A stretch of 56,864 bases of DNA from a virus (lineage: Duplodnaviria; Caudoviricetes). Numbering within the stretch: position 1 is the stretch's first letter; every line of letters starts with the position of its first letter. Below, in pieces: positions 11,601 to 21,900 of this stretch. Below the pieces are notes generated by a model. That model was given only the letters and a program-made list of their open reading frames with translations, was not told the origin of the DNA and searched no databases. The stretch covers positions 1 to 56,864 of IMG/VR virus record IMGVR_UViG_3300028392_000077. One strand, written 5' to 3'. Position numbers and translations under genes: made by a program.

Positions 11601-11875
11601 GAATTTGTACCTAAATTGCCATATATGGTAGTAAATGATGCTGAACCTGTTGCATCTCTTTGTACCAATGTATTGTTGGTTGCACTATCAGTAGCAGAAT
11701 CAAGTGTGGACGTATAATATTGACCACCAATATTAATGACGCCATCACTACCCGGAGTACCAAAGAATAATGTGTTCGATTTATATGAATATGCAAATTC
11801 GCCTTGTTTGAGTGAAGATGGTGCGGCTGTATTTGCCGAACGTCTAATTAAAATACTGGTATTACTGATTGCCAT
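8642..11875 (-). CDS. Tail fibre/adhesin: Mtd-N-like N-terminus, NIDO-like domain, YadA-head-like repeats
   Basis: ILIRRS...P.SL.QGEFAYS start; DDAFTTVSLPFNINFNGTTYDTIYVGSNGYITF resembles NIDO; many ~14-aa (A/S)(I/V)A(I/L)G..AG...Q repeats; ends DGGDF. Confidence 0.8.
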   Translation of the reverse strand: MAISNTSILIRRSANTAAPSSLKQGEFAYSYKSNTLFFGTPGSDGVINIGGQYYTSTLDSATDSATNNTLVQRDATGSASFTTIYGNLGTNSGVDAGTYGDQTHIPVVTVAANGLVTNVSTSQISTSLNISSDDGSNTLSLITDTLTIAGGDGITSSIATDTQTVTLDVDDTVFRSNTALFSQFIDSNVEISGNLSVHGTYYIENTVSFNVADPLIYLAANNYVSDDLDIGFVGNYYDAGTDTQRHAGVMRHAGDKDFYIFYNYDKEPTENVINIADASFLVGNTHTNIISPGLSQFANTSFSQRADFNGKVYLEAGLSAENASLDLYPSAPINFHTGNNTTYSYVYNDGSSGYDYLTFGTNTAGDAFYLTSDPNSDSNQLVFNHGLDIRDGYSQESLLSKGEQKYGIVTRFHVDGANAVTQQTITDPNVPPAVRNMSMQDLGSDYDDAFTTVSLPFNINFNGTTYDTIYVGSNGYITFEAGSANNSHSFPADPSLPGGPAIVMAMGDISYQRVYTLYQGDTFRIRYEGNHTFSSQKINGSSDIIWEVVFYNSVPGQFDLRYVKVSGSANDGLDGLYNVYLTNGTYFLDDRTDRTKPYALYNNYIQQLTHGDNHLSINEDGSLFATGVRNDASPGDVVFYNPTSKELTYGALEALNPTHLANGSYTLYLSDEDGTVTATGKYLTPETDGISTVGGGYTFSYDGGYDTGMFSHADGELNFFSNATLIFNANNQVFKHSTGVELQNGAVLQDNSNRSIFLGFGVDSGDTYSQRISIGYQPTHQTGQQWDAIAIGARAGTTNQHDNAIAIGNRAGNTGQGESAVAIGGGSGGNGGAGQSNQGSGAVAIGDHAGTDTQGYRAVALGAYAGVYGQYQNAIAIGEQSGYNQQKAYAIAIGLNAGNESQAEDGVAIGRESGHYYQEQYAVAIGYGAGNDAQHAGSIAIGAIAGNSAQGNNAIALGRSAAQTEQADGAVAIGYSAGNYQQGQYAVALGYQAGHGDSSPQGQYSIAIGTNAGYSTIANSSIVLNATGNDFGSSTSGLFINPVRYTESQDADFDGLVFYNSSSKEMRYSYALDGGDF
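8840..9570 (-). repeat. YadA-head-like 14-residue repeats
   Basis: Recurring AIAIG/AVAIG/AVALG motifs about every 42 nt (ccaattgcaa on the + strand). Confidence 0.85.
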
Positions 11876-11908
11876 TTTTAAGCCCTGTAAATGATTTTGT
11901 TGTTATTA

Positions 11909-11916
11909 TATTTATT
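11909..11916 (-). promoter_or_regulatory. T4-type late promoter (AATAAATA)
   Basis: NATAAATA in the intergenic gap ~35 nt upstream of the 11875 start; AT-rich context weakens specificity. Confidence 0.55.
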
Positions 11917-11928
11917 AAAAAATACCAT

Positions 11929-12204
11929 TTAAAATATTCCTGCATCTATCGTTTCTGTATCTGCAAAAATTGTATTCGAAACTGTTAGATTTTGATCGAT
12001 GATAACATTGCCGTAAACATGTCCGCCAGTCTTATCATATTTGGTGTTCGCAGTGTCAAAAGCACTTTGTGCTATTAACACTGCCGCATTAGCAGTTTTT
12101 TGGATTTCTTCTATTTGTGCTTGTACGGATGATGAACCTATGAAAGTGGTAGTACCACTAACTCTTACTTGCGGTGGTTGATTAATACGAACATTAATGG
12201 CCAT
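11929..12204 (-). CDS. Small fibre-associated hypothetical protein ending in DAGIF
   Basis: 91-aa ORF; AQSAFDTANTKYDKTGG resembles a segment of the giant fibre (AQGAYNTANLKFNTSGG). Confidence 0.7.
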   Translation of the reverse strand: MAINVRINQPPQVRVSGTTTFIGSSSVQAQIEEIQKTANAAVLIAQSAFDTANTKYDKTGGHVYGNVIIDQNLTVSNTIFADTETIDAGIF

Positions 12205-12208
12205 GTTT

Positions 12209-12547
12209 CTATCTCGTTACTGCTGGAGACATAAAGATTTGACCTTCCAGAACTCTGGTGACTGATCCTGTATCATTATCTGTTATGACAACATCATATA
12301 TGAGTTTATATGTGGAGACATTTGCTGTTTTTTGAGCGGTTGCTGATAATTGTATTAAACCGTCATGGGGACTAGATACTGATGCATCAAAATCTAATGC
12401 TATTGTATTTGTATAATAAGACTTTTTTGCTTGAGCTTTTACTGAAAAATTTGTGAGATCGTATGGCGTTCCATAGGAATCATCCAAAGTTATTTCTGTA
12501 CTATATGTCGTACCTTGCTCTATGAATAAATCCTGATAAGCAGCCAT
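12209..12547 (-). CDS. Conserved T4-like virion beta-sandwich protein (possible fibre adaptor)
   Basis: 112 aa; L.IEQG.T...I.L.D..G.P.DLT...AQ.KKSY ... YDV......G.VTRVLEGQI..SP.VTR pattern recalled from T4-like phages. Confidence 0.7.
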   Translation of the reverse strand: MAAYQDLFIEQGTTYSTEITLDDSYGTPYDLTNFSVKAQAKKSYYTNTIALDFDASVSSPHDGLIQLSATAQKTANVSTYKLIYDVVITDNDTGSVTRVLEGQIFMSPAVTR

Positions 12548-12561
12548 TATAGATCCTATAT

Positions 12562-12597
12562 AAAAAACCTTCTCTGTTATTTATACGAGAAGGTTTT
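12562..12597 (-). terminator. Intrinsic terminator hairpin with a late promoter in its loop
   Basis: Minus strand AAAACCTTCTC-GTATAAATAACA-GAGAAGGTTTTTT: 11-bp stem plus U-tract. Confidence 0.75.
12578..12585 (-). promoter_or_regulatory. T4 late promoter TATAAATA
   Basis: Exact T4 gp55 consensus, 30 nt upstream of the ATG at 12547. Confidence 0.75.
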
Positions 12598-12626
12598 AGA
12601 ATGTGACTCCGGAAAAAGAAATTGCC

Positions 12627-13223
12627 TTATTTCAGATATGTATATCCGGTGCTGTTGTAAGTCTGACTACCATTTTGGCCATATGGAAAACCGACCGTAA
12701 AATATGTTTGAGCGTAACCAGCTTGAAATCCGCCACCTCGCCAGTACGCACCAGACTGAGATCCATTTATGTCGTAGTAAGGTGTAAACCAACCATCACG
12801 CGCTCTGCCACTATAGTAGTAATTATTAGAATCTCGCCACCAATCAAACGTCCATGATGCATATGGTTGATATATAGCCGAATAAGTACCATTGCCACCA
12901 CCCTGACCCCAAGCCGATCCCACAGCGGCGTTATATACATCATTACCAACGCCATGGGTGATATATCCCCAAATGGTCGGCGGCCTATTACTCGCAAACG
13001 GATCGGCGCCGCCATCTGACGCAATCATAGCCTTTCCCTGAAGAGACGCCATGGTACAGATTGTCCCAGCGGATCTGTTGCCCCAGCCTGCCAGTTGTCT
13101 TACATAATTTTGACTTGAATTTCCATAATTAAATTCAAAATCAACATTTGAACCGCCCTGGGCATATCCACCATAATAATTGTATACATCTGAGTATGAT
13201 ATTGTTCCGGTGGGCAACGGCAT
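12627..13223 (-). CDS. Gly/Tyr/Trp-rich putative fibre-tip adhesin (receptor-binding protein)
   Basis: N-terminus MPLPTGTISYSDV...VRQLAG....G...MASLQGK resembles small proteins found after chaperone-bearing fibres; aromatic/Gly-rich body; elevated GC. Confidence 0.6.
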   Translation of the reverse strand: MPLPTGTISYSDVYNYYGGYAQGGSNVDFEFNYGNSSQNYVRQLAGWGNRSAGTICTMASLQGKAMIASDGGADPFASNRPPTIWGYITHGVGNDVYNAAVGSAWGQGGGNGTYSAIYQPYASWTFDWWRDSNNYYYSGRARDGWFTPYYDINGSQSGAYWRGGGFQAGYAQTYFTVGFPYGQNGSQTYNSTGYTYLK

Positions 13224-13236
13224 TATAATGTCCCTG

Positions 13237-13674
13237 TTATGTGTTTGCGGTTAAAATTACTTGTTGATTTTTTAACATTTCCCTTCTCATTGCGTCACTT
13301 TCCGATTTCATTCTATCGAACTCTTCTTGAACACCCGGAGCTCTAATATCTCTTCTGTTGGCAGAATATATGTAAAGTGAAGAAATTGTATCATATAATT
13401 CCTGAAAGGAACATGTTTTTCCTGTATCATTTCCGGAAGAATCTAAAATGGGAAATACTGTATTTGCAGTATCTGGAGTAAAATATTCTTGGCATTGCAA
13501 TCTGATATCCTGAGATGTAATTGGTGTGATCATGACATTTCCATTAGCACCATCAACGACGTTTTCCTCATGAAAATATATAGACTTTTGTCCTTTATAT
13601 ACATTAATAATGCTAATATGATTGGGACGAATCCAGGTTGATCCAACAATAGTTGATTCTTGATATTTTGCCAT
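13237..13674 (-). CDS. Hypothetical protein, fibre-cassette associated
   Basis: 145-aa ORF in operon spacing between oxygenase and adhesin; AATAAATA upstream at 13711-13718. Confidence 0.7.
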   Translation of the reverse strand: MAKYQESTIVGSTWIRPNHISIINVYKGQKSIYFHEENVVDGANGNVMITPITSQDIRLQCQEYFTPDTANTVFPILDSSGNDTGKTCSFQELYDTISSLYIYSANRRDIRAPGVQEEFDRMKSESDAMRREMLKNQQVILTANT

Positions 13675-13713
13675 AGTTATAATCTCTAAAATTATGTGTT
13701 TGTTAATTACTAT

Positions 13714-14286
13714 TTATTGCCATTTCGGACCATCGAACCAGCATGCTAAACTATATCGTGTTCCTTTAGTTACTGATGTTGCCTGATGTCTCAAAAAAGA
13801 AGGAAAAAATATAGTGGATCCTTGATTTCTAATGTCCGTTATATTTGGTTTTTCTGTTGCTTCAATTAATTCCAAATAACCACCCTCATATTTTTTTGGA
13901 TCTGTTAATTGGATGACTGCACTCAATTTTCTGTGGTATTTTGGATCATTGTTAATCCAAAATACATCATGATGTTCTTTATATTCTCCTTGATATGATT
14001 CATCATATTCAGCCAATTGAATATATGACATTTTGGTTATATTAAAACCAAACCATTCATCATTTGCTTGTATTGCCATTTTCCAAATTTCATCAAATAG
14101 AAATTTGAAATTTTTATCAGTATTCATAATAAATCTTACCTTACTTCTTCTATATTCATCATTAGAAAAATCATTACCCACTCCCATTTTTGCATCCTTG
14201 CTGGGCAATTTTAATCCTTCAGTCAAAATATAGTCACATACTTCAGCATCAAAGTATGAATTATAATAACACCACTCACCTTTCAT
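13714..14286 (-). CDS. 2OG-Fe(II) oxygenase (PKHD/prolyl-hydroxylase-like)
   Basis: HxD (EHHD), RKLSAVIQL, YEGGYL, FFPSFLRH and GTRYSLACW motifs. Confidence 0.9.
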   Translation of the reverse strand: MKGEWCYYNSYFDAEVCDYILTEGLKLPSKDAKMGVGNDFSNDEYRRSKVRFIMNTDKNFKFLFDEIWKMAIQANDEWFGFNITKMSYIQLAEYDESYQGEYKEHHDVFWINNDPKYHRKLSAVIQLTDPKKYEGGYLELIEATEKPNITDIRNQGSTIFFPSFLRHQATSVTKGTRYSLACWFDGPKWQ

Positions 14287-14296
14287 AATTCACCAA

Positions 14297-17200
14297 TTAA
14301 TTTAATTTGGATTTCAGTTCATCTATCTGTATTTGTTGTTCTTTGATTGCTTCAATCAATAATGGAACAATCTTTTCATACTGTACAGTTATATAGTTTT
14401 CTCCAGACTTGCTATTTCCATTCTCGTCCGTATCAAAAGGAGCTGGTCTAATGATTTCCGGTAAAACGGATTGAACTTCTTGAGCAATTACACCAACTTG
14501 TTGTTCATCATTATTGAAACCAAATTCTTTTGCTTTTTCGTTTTGTGTAAAATAAACACCATTCAAAGCTTTTATTTTAGAAATGGCATTTGGTATAGGT
14601 CCAATAATATTTTTCAATCTCTTATCAGACCAAAAAGCTGTAATGTCGCCATACGAATATATTGAGCCAGCAACTACGCTATACGTTACATTTATGCTGG
14701 AACAACTAATAGAACTACCAGGAGAGAACGATCCTGTAGGTCCTGTAGGTCCGTATGGTCCTGTTGGTCCTATTGGTCCTGTTAGTCCTGTTGGTCCCGG
14801 TGGTCCGTAAACAGTAGCGCCTTGATCACCTTTCAGCCCTTGTAACCCTTGTAACCCTTGTATCCCTTGTATCCCTTGATTACCTTGATTACCTTGTGCT
14901 CCTGGTGGTCCATTGGTGCCATTGGTTCCTGGTGGTCCATTGGTGCCATTGGTTCCTGTAGCACCGGGTGGACCAGCAACAGTTGAACCGGGTCCTGTTG
15001 GTCCTGTAGGACCTGTTGGTCCTGTTGGTCCTGTAGGACCTGTTGGTCCAGATACGCCTGATGCCCATGCACCATCACCTCTAAGAAAAGTAGAACTGCT
15101 AGCGGTTCCTGTTGCCGTAATTTGACTTATGGGTAGAGCTATTGCGGATACTGTATAATCACTTATTCCACCATACGAATTGATTCCCAACGTAGTGATT
15201 GTCTTACCTGCTCCTAATGTTCCAGTTATTGTTGTGGATACATTTCCCGTTGTTACAAATTTGGAACCATCATAAATTACTCTTTGACCATATGTGAACG
15301 ATGTGTTATTAGTACCACCTGATGCAATAGGAAGAGTTCCTGTTGCAAGTGCAGAAGTACTAGTTGCATATACAGCACCACCAGAAGTGAGTGTTGATAA
15401 ACCTGTGCCGCCTCCAGAAACAGGAAGAGTACCAGTGGATAAAGTGGACGTACTGGTTGCATATACAGCACCACCGGAAGTAAATGCCGTTAATCCAGTA
15501 CCACCATAACCTGTTCCTATTGTATTTCCATTCCAAGAACCACTAAATCCTACTGCTGATAGAATTCCTGTACTCGGATTATATTGTAATTTTGTACTAG
15601 ATGTATTTGCAACCGTATATGCACCAGTATTCGAAGGTCCCAACATAACATATCGAACTGCATTCGTTGACGTATCATCAGTAATTGTGGCACCAGCAGT
15701 AATAGAACCAGAATTGCCTAATGCAATTGCAGTACCATTAATAGTAATGGAAGTATTAACTAATGCAGAGTTTGGTATTGATGTTAATCCTGCGCCAGAA
15801 CCTGTGTGTGAACCGGATATTGTGGTTGCACTTAATGTTCCTGTGCTTGGATTGAATGTCAATTTGGAACTAGATGTATTTGCAGCTGTATAAAAACCCG
15901 ATGAAGTCTGACCGAGCATGACGTATCTGGTTGTATTGGTTGTGGTGTCATCGGTAATGGGTGCATACGCAGCGGGATAACTAATAGCAACATTTGATAC
16001 TGATGTTACTCTTCCATAACTATCGACTGTGATTTGCGTTGTATTTCCTGAACTACCATATGTACCACTCGATCCCGGATTGGCAAGAGAAGATATTCTA
16101 GTGCCATCATAGTATGTTAGTGTGCCACTGGTAAAGTTACTGGTAGTCGATCCGGTACCGCCATAATTGACTCCGACAGCATTACCGTTCCATGTTACGC
16201 CGGTAGGAATAGTTCCCGTTGTAATATTGGTTCCACTAATACCCGTAATTAATGAACCATCAGCAACGAGAGATGCTTTGGTTAATGAAGCGTAGTTAAC
16301 TACATTCGTTAAGGGTTCAGTTACAAGATCCTTGAACAAATAGAATGTGCCTGCGTTTGTACCGCCAGTGCCCTCTCTGATTAAACCAGAATACTTTGTT
16401 CCTGCACTAGTATACTGTCCATAGAATCCAATGTCCACAATATCACTGGAGTTATTGTTTGCCAGTTTGATGAGTGAATCTGTTGTTGTGATCGAAGATA
16501 CGTTTAGTGATGTAGTCGTACCCGAGATAATCAGATTACCCGTGACACTGAAGTCGCCTGTTATTGCACCAGAACCTGTGAAAGAAGGATTAACAAATCT
16601 ACCATCAGTATATGCTTTTAACTGATTATTAGCTGATGTTACAGCAGAACTAATAGCACCATCAGTATATGCTTTTAACTGATTATTAGCTGATGTTACA
16701 GAAGAACTAATAGCACCATCTGTATACGATTTTAACTGGTTATTAGCAGAAGCAATAGCACCATCAGTATATGCTTTTAACTGATTATTAGCTGATGTTA
16801 CAGAAGAACTAATAGCACCATCTGTATATGCTTTTAGTTGTGTATTGGCTGAAGTAATAGTATTCTGCAAGAATGTATTTGCGACAGATAATGCCTGTGA
16901 AGATGCAACATTAGCATTACTGTTTAATGTACCACTGTTACTGATATACTGATCTGTTAAAATTCTGTAATATGATTCTGTAACAGTATTAGCAGTAAGA
17001 TCCCAATACTTTTGTGCCTCATTCCAACGAATGTAAGAGTTGCTTGAACCGTTAAGACTTCTGTATACTCCAAAATAACCAAACGTTGGATTTGGTGTGG
17101 AAGAACTCAATATGAATTGATTCGTGTTATATACAGTAGATCCACTAATTGTGAAGTTGCCCGTTACAGTAAGACCACCACCACCAACAGAGAGATTGTA

Positions 17201-18712
17201 TGCTGTTATTGATGCACCATTGGTACCATAATCACCAATAATATTACCACCAACGGGTAGTATTACTCGCGGAGTATATAAGTATCCACCTACACCAAAA
17301 TCATTAACTGCGTTGGAACTTGCTGTTAGTGTAGTTGATCCAGTTATTAACTGATTTCCTGTAATTGCAGTATTACCAGTAACATATAAATTCTTACCTA
17401 CACCCAAATCATTTGTTGTGTTCGCTTTAGATGTTAGAGTAGTATTACCATTCACGGACAATGAACCATTAACAGTTTTATTTCCTGTGGTTGTAGTATT
17501 ACCGGTAATGTATAAATTCTTACCTACACCCAAATCATTAGCAGTGTTGGAACTTGCTGTTAATGTAGTTGATCCAGTTATTAACTGATTTCCTGTAACT
17601 GTTTGGTTTCCTGTAATCGTTTGATTGCCAGACACATATTGATTGCCAGAAATACCCAAATCATTAACTGCGTTGGAACTTGCTGTTAATGTAGTTGAAC
17701 CGGTTACTACTTGATTTCCTGACACATATAGATTGCGACTTACACCGAAATCATTAACTGCGTTGGAACTTGATGTTAATGTAGTTGATCCAGTTATTAA
17801 CTGATTTCCTGTAACTGTTTGGTTTCCTGACACATACTGATTGCCTGCAACACCCAAATCTGCACCGGTGTTTGCCTTACCCATCAGGGTTGATGTTCCA
17901 GTCACAATCAGACTTGCAACATTGGCAACTGATGTTACGGAAAGATTGGCGGTATTGATAGATACATTTGCTTGAAGATTCTTCACATATGCGTTATTCA
18001 AACAGTTTATTGTATTAGTGGACAATATTTCAGTATTGACAGTTACATTTGCTTGTAACGATCCTGTTATAATGTCAATAATGGATAAAATACTTCTTGT
18101 GGTAACTTTATTGTTCGCAATCAAATAATTTGTATTTGTATTGTTGACAATCGTTAAAGTATCACCGACTTGTCCATTATTATTAACTGTTAAAGAATTT
18201 GTCGTCGTATTGTAATATACAAGAGCGTTTAATGTGGAGGTATTTGCGCCGACAGATAAATCACTTGTAACATTTGCATAACTACCAACATTTAATGAAC
18301 TACCTATTGTTGTTGCTTTTCCGACTGTGAGATTACCGGAAATAATAGTATTATTTGATACAACAAGACCATTTCCTGAACCCATTGCGAGTATTGGTCC
18401 ACCCACATTTGCTTGTCCCGCAGTTGTTATACTTAATGTTGGATTTGTGAAATATGCCTGACCATCAACTTGTAGATTTCTTTGAATATATGCAGAAGAT
18501 CCTACTCCTTGTACCTGTAATTGTCCTTGAACAACCGCGTTGTTTGCGACTATCAGACCTGTTTTTGAGGTATCATTTAGGAAAAGTGTACCTGATGATT
18601 TTATGTAATTATTCGCGGCGAGATCATTGTTTTCACCTATGAGATGATTTGTTGCGATTAACCAATCTACGAAGGTATTATCATAAGTTAGTTCTGAAAC
18701 TGTATTTGCCAT
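14297..18712 (-). CDS. Tail fibre (1471 aa) with beta-helix repeats, collagen-like segment and C-terminal S74 chaperone
   Basis: N-terminal NTFVDW...TN; NDLGV..N.Y..GN repeats; (GPT)n Gly-X-Y run; WSDKRLKN...[14 protein letters not shown]...[15 protein letters not shown]. Confidence 0.9.
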   Translation of the reverse strand: MANTVSELTYDNTFVDWLIATNHLIGENNDLAANNYIKSSGTLFLNDTSKTGLIVANNAVVQGQLQVQGVGSSAYIQRNLQVDGQAYFTNPTLSITTAGQANVGGPILAMGSGNGLVVSNNTIISGNLTVGKATTIGSSLNVGSYANVTSDLSVGANTSTLNALVYYNTTTNSLTVNNNGQVGDTLTIVNNTNTNYLIANNKVTTRSILSIIDIITGSLQANVTVNTEILSTNTINCLNNAYVKNLQANVSINTANLSVTSVANVASLIVTGTSTLMGKANTGADLGVAGNQYVSGNQTVTGNQLITGSTTLTSSSNAVNDFGVSRNLYVSGNQVVTGSTTLTASSNAVNDLGISGNQYVSGNQTITGNQTVTGNQLITGSTTLTASSNTANDLGVGKNLYITGNTTTTGNKTVNGSLSVNGNTTLTSKANTTNDLGVGKNLYVTGNTAITGNQLITGSTTLTASSNAVNDFGVGGYLYTPRVILPVGGNIIGDYGTNGASITAYNLSVGGGGLTVTGNFTISGSTVYNTNQFILSSSTPNPTFGYFGVYRSLNGSSNSYIRWNEAQKYWDLTANTVTESYYRILTDQYISNSGTLNSNANVASSQALSVANTFLQNTITSANTQLKAYTDGAISSSVTSANNQLKAYTDGAIASANNQLKSYTDGAISSSVTSANNQLKAYTDGAISSAVTSANNQLKAYTDGRFVNPSFTGSGAITGDFSVTGNLIISGTTTSLNVSSITTTDSLIKLANNNSSDIVDIGFYGQYTSAGTKYSGLIREGTGGTNAGTFYLFKDLVTEPLTNVVNYASLTKASLVADGSLITGISGTNITTGTIPTGVTWNGNAVGVNYGGTGSTTSNFTSGTLTYYDGTRISSLANPGSSGTYGSSGNTTQITVDSYGRVTSVSNVAISYPAAYAPITDDTTTNTTRYVMLGQTSSGFYTAANTSSSKLTFNPSTGTLSATTISGSHTGSGAGLTSIPNSALVNTSITINGTAIALGNSGSITAGATITDDTSTNAVRYVMLGPSNTGAYTVANTSSTKLQYNPSTGILSAVGFSGSWNGNTIGTGYGGTGLTAFTSGGAVYATSTSTLSTGTLPVSGGGTGLSTLTSGGAVYATSTSALATGTLPIASGGTNNTSFTYGQRVIYDGSKFVTTGNVSTTITGTLGAGKTITTLGINSYGGISDYTVSAIALPISQITATGTASSSTFLRGDGAWASGVSGPTGPTGPTGPTGPTGPTGPGSTVAGPPGATGTNGTNGPPGTNGTNGPPGAQGNQGNQGIQGIQGLQGLQGLKGDQGATVYGPPGPTGLTGPIGPTGPYGPTGPTGSFSPGSSISCSSINVTYSVVAGSIYSYGDITAFWSDKRLKNIIGPIPNAISKIKALNGVYFTQNEKAKEFGFNNDEQQVGVIAQEVQSVLPEIIRPAPFDTDENGNSKSGENYITVQYEKIVPLLIEAIKEQQIQIDELKSKLN
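14730..15050 (-). repeat. Collagen-like Gly-X-Y repeats
   Basis: [18 protein letters not shown] and GLQGLQG triplets with short interruptions. Confidence 0.92.
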
Positions 18713-18744
18713 TTTTATCTTTTCCTAAAGACTTGATATTATCT

Positions 18745-18942
18745 CTATTTATTCAACATGGAGACAATGGAACTTAACAAAATTTTTATTTCACTGACAT
18801 CGGACTTTAATTCGACCAATTCGTCTTCTATTTGTTTTTTTCTTCGATAATCCAGTAAGGCGGCATAATTTGTATTTAATATCGCCTTACTGTCCATATC
18901 TTTCACTAAATCAGGATGTTCTTCGACTTTATATAATTTCAT
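18745..18942 (-). CDS. Small conserved T4-like hypothetical protein (65 aa)
   Basis: Start moved to the ATG at 18942 (MKLYKVEEHPDLVKDMDSKAILNTN), 2 nt after the upstream stop; C-terminal coiled coil. Confidence 0.75.
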   Translation of the reverse strand: MKLYKVEEHPDLVKDMDSKAILNTNYAALLDYRRKKQIEDELVELKSDVSEIKILLSSIVSMLNK

Positions 18943-18944
18943 AA

Positions 18945-21900
18945 TTAGGCTGTTGCAATTGCTCTTAGATTTTTGACTTGTGGAACAACAGTTGAATTGT
19001 CCGAGTAGAAACATATTTTAATCGAGAACACTTTGAAATTATTGTATGACACAGTTGATGTTTTAATATCATTGTAAACAATATTCAATGCTTGATATGT
19101 ATCTGTTATCCAATCATTCGGACCAGTACTTGGTAAACCACCACCTGGAGTAAATATTGGATTCATCAGATGATATGGTTGATCATCAAAATTATTTCCA
19201 TCATTGGCATTCAACACTTTGCAATATACTTCTATACTTGTTCCTGGTTGACGATTTACATCCAAATAAACTGTCAATCCTGTCGAATCAAAGTTATTTG
19301 CTAATGTTACTCTCTTTGTAATATACTTCGACAATGCTCCACCATTTCTAAAACCTGATTGCGATTCACTATAGATTTTATCTGCGGTATGTGCATTTAC
19401 TACGTTATTAACAAGAACTGGATACAATCTTTCCAAGTCAATGACGGGAGATGTCCATCTGTCTGTGTTAGTCAATGTTGTACGAACAACAATGTCACCA
19501 CTATCTAATTGTTTCTGTCTAGACGGCAATATGTGATTCTGTTTGGTAGTTATAGGAATAAAGTCGGACATCAAAGTGGTTGCATAATCCTTAGTCTGAA
19601 TAGAATACTCAATAGAATCCAATGCATTAAATGTCAGATCGCTGTTATTAAGATTAATCAAATCGTATGTCTTTAATATATTTGAGGTATTTGATGTGAA
19701 CTGTACTGACGCATAACCACCCGCAAAGTCACAAACATATGCACGGAAACATAACGTTTCTCCTCCAGCAGGAATCCAAGTCTGGGAATTCTGGGACTTG
19801 AATAATGCGCCAGCATAAGATACTGAAGTTATCGTCTTCCGTGTTCCATATTGGACTTCACCCATTTTGGATGCATAAACTGCATATTGATCCGAATTGG
19901 TTGATATCATAATGCTGTATTGACCTGCAGGCAAATAAATTGGATGATCAAATTGGAAGTTAGTTGGTAAATAAATCGAATCGTAAACGTTATTTGGATT
20001 AGGTGTATTGATACTATCCGGATTCTTGGTCACAATAGAACCAGGAATATCGTTTACTGCATCAGGATAACCATTAACAACTGGACGTATACGAACTGTG
20101 ACTGGTACCAAAGGATCTTTCTTTGCAAAGAATATATCAACAGAAGATATAAATGCACCATTCGGGAATTGACCTTCTGTGATGAAGAAATTCTGTGATA
20201 GAGGATCTTGTAATGCACCAAGATATGCAGCTTGACCAACTTTACCCTCAACATATGCTTGATTTGCAGCAGATCTATAATAAGTTTCAACTGTGTTTAT
20301 CGCAGCAGATTCACTGAGTTTGCCCAACAAATATTGACCATACACAGTCTCCATTCCTACCATTATTCCGGCAAATTGAGTTAGTGTTGGTGGATTTTGA
20401 ATACTCTTTGCGAGATTATATGCAGTACCCGTGAATACGCTGTTTCCACATATACTGGATAACGCTTGATATGCTCCGCCTGCAGCATTCATCATCTTTC
20501 TAACCATAGCAATACCATCGGATTTTGATAGTGTTTGTGCTCTAGTTGTTACTGCATCATTCGACCATATTCCTAGATTTTGCATGGGTTCTGCCATAGA
20601 AGACACTACCCAGTTTCGACTTACACCACCAATTGTTACTGTAGTTGTAAAAGTTTGACTGTATGATCCAATCTGTGCAGATTTCACTTGGAAGAACAAT
20701 CGACCCGAAGAGTCTGCCGTAACAGTTTGTGAAGTAGAGAATACTCCAGGCGAAGCTCCACCACCACCTGGTGGCCAGAAGTTAAAATCACTATTCGCTA
20801 ATATTGTACCACCACCAGAAGCGGTAACACTTATTGGTTGATTTGGTATAGCTCCAGTTACAGTAATTACACCACTTGTGACTCCATTGAGTATCAGGCC
20901 CACATTGTCGGGTCCTTGAGGTATATCAAATTGAATATTTTGTGGTGCTTGAGTCTTAGTCAATACTGTAAAGGTTCCTGAAGCAGATCCAGCTGATGAA
21001 TAACCTGTAACAGTAGTATCTGTGGATTGTCCGCTAGAGGGACTTGAATGATTTCTTAATTGTATCAAGAAAGAACCACCACCATCTGCTGTTACGGATC
21101 CATTTGTCATCCAAGGAGCACTATCCGATATGGATGATGTTGCTGCTCTGAATGAACCACCGGAGACTGATAATGTAACCGTTGCGCCGCTACCCCAATT
21201 CGAACCTGTTGCCTGGTTTGACGAATAATCCGTATTAAATTCCACACTCGACTGCGATATGAACGAGGAAAAAGAAGGTGGCGAAGGTGTAGGTACTGGT
21301 GTAGGTACTGGTGTAGGTACTGGTGTAGGTACTGGTGTAGGTACTGGTGTAGGTACTGGACTCGGCGTTGGCGTCGGAGTTGGTACTGGTGTAGGTACTG
21401 GTGTAGGTACTGGTGTAGGTACTGGACTCGGCGGTGCAACATATGCCAGAGTTGTAATTACATATGTTCCCGTAACCGAACCCACTGATACCTGCACACT
21501 GACCGGAGTTGAATAACTTGTACTTGCAGTTCCCCTCGCAGCAACAATCAATGTTCCTGTACCACTTGTTGTAACAGACACAGCTCCACCCGTTACCCAA
21601 GGATCACTATCCGATATAGATGATGTTCCTGCTTTAAATGCACCACCAGAAACAGATACAAGAACTGGAGCATTTGGTGATAAACCCGTTACTGTAACTG
21701 AACTTGATGTTTGGGTTGAACCCAGTGCAACACCATTCACAGGAGTAAATGAGAATTGATCAGGAGTAGTATCTGCTATCTTAGTGGTGATTACATAATG
21801 TACAGGAATGTTTCCAAGTGAGATGATGACATCTGTTGGAGTATCATATCTAGTACTTGAGAAACCTTTAGCTGCAAGAACTATGCTACCAGTATTACTT

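Noticed and set aside
121-13223. Diversity-generating retroelement suggested by Mtd-N-like domains and a variable adhesin
   Set aside because: No reverse transcriptase and no template/variable repeat pair differing only at adenines seen in this window; Mtd-N-like domains are common without DGRs.
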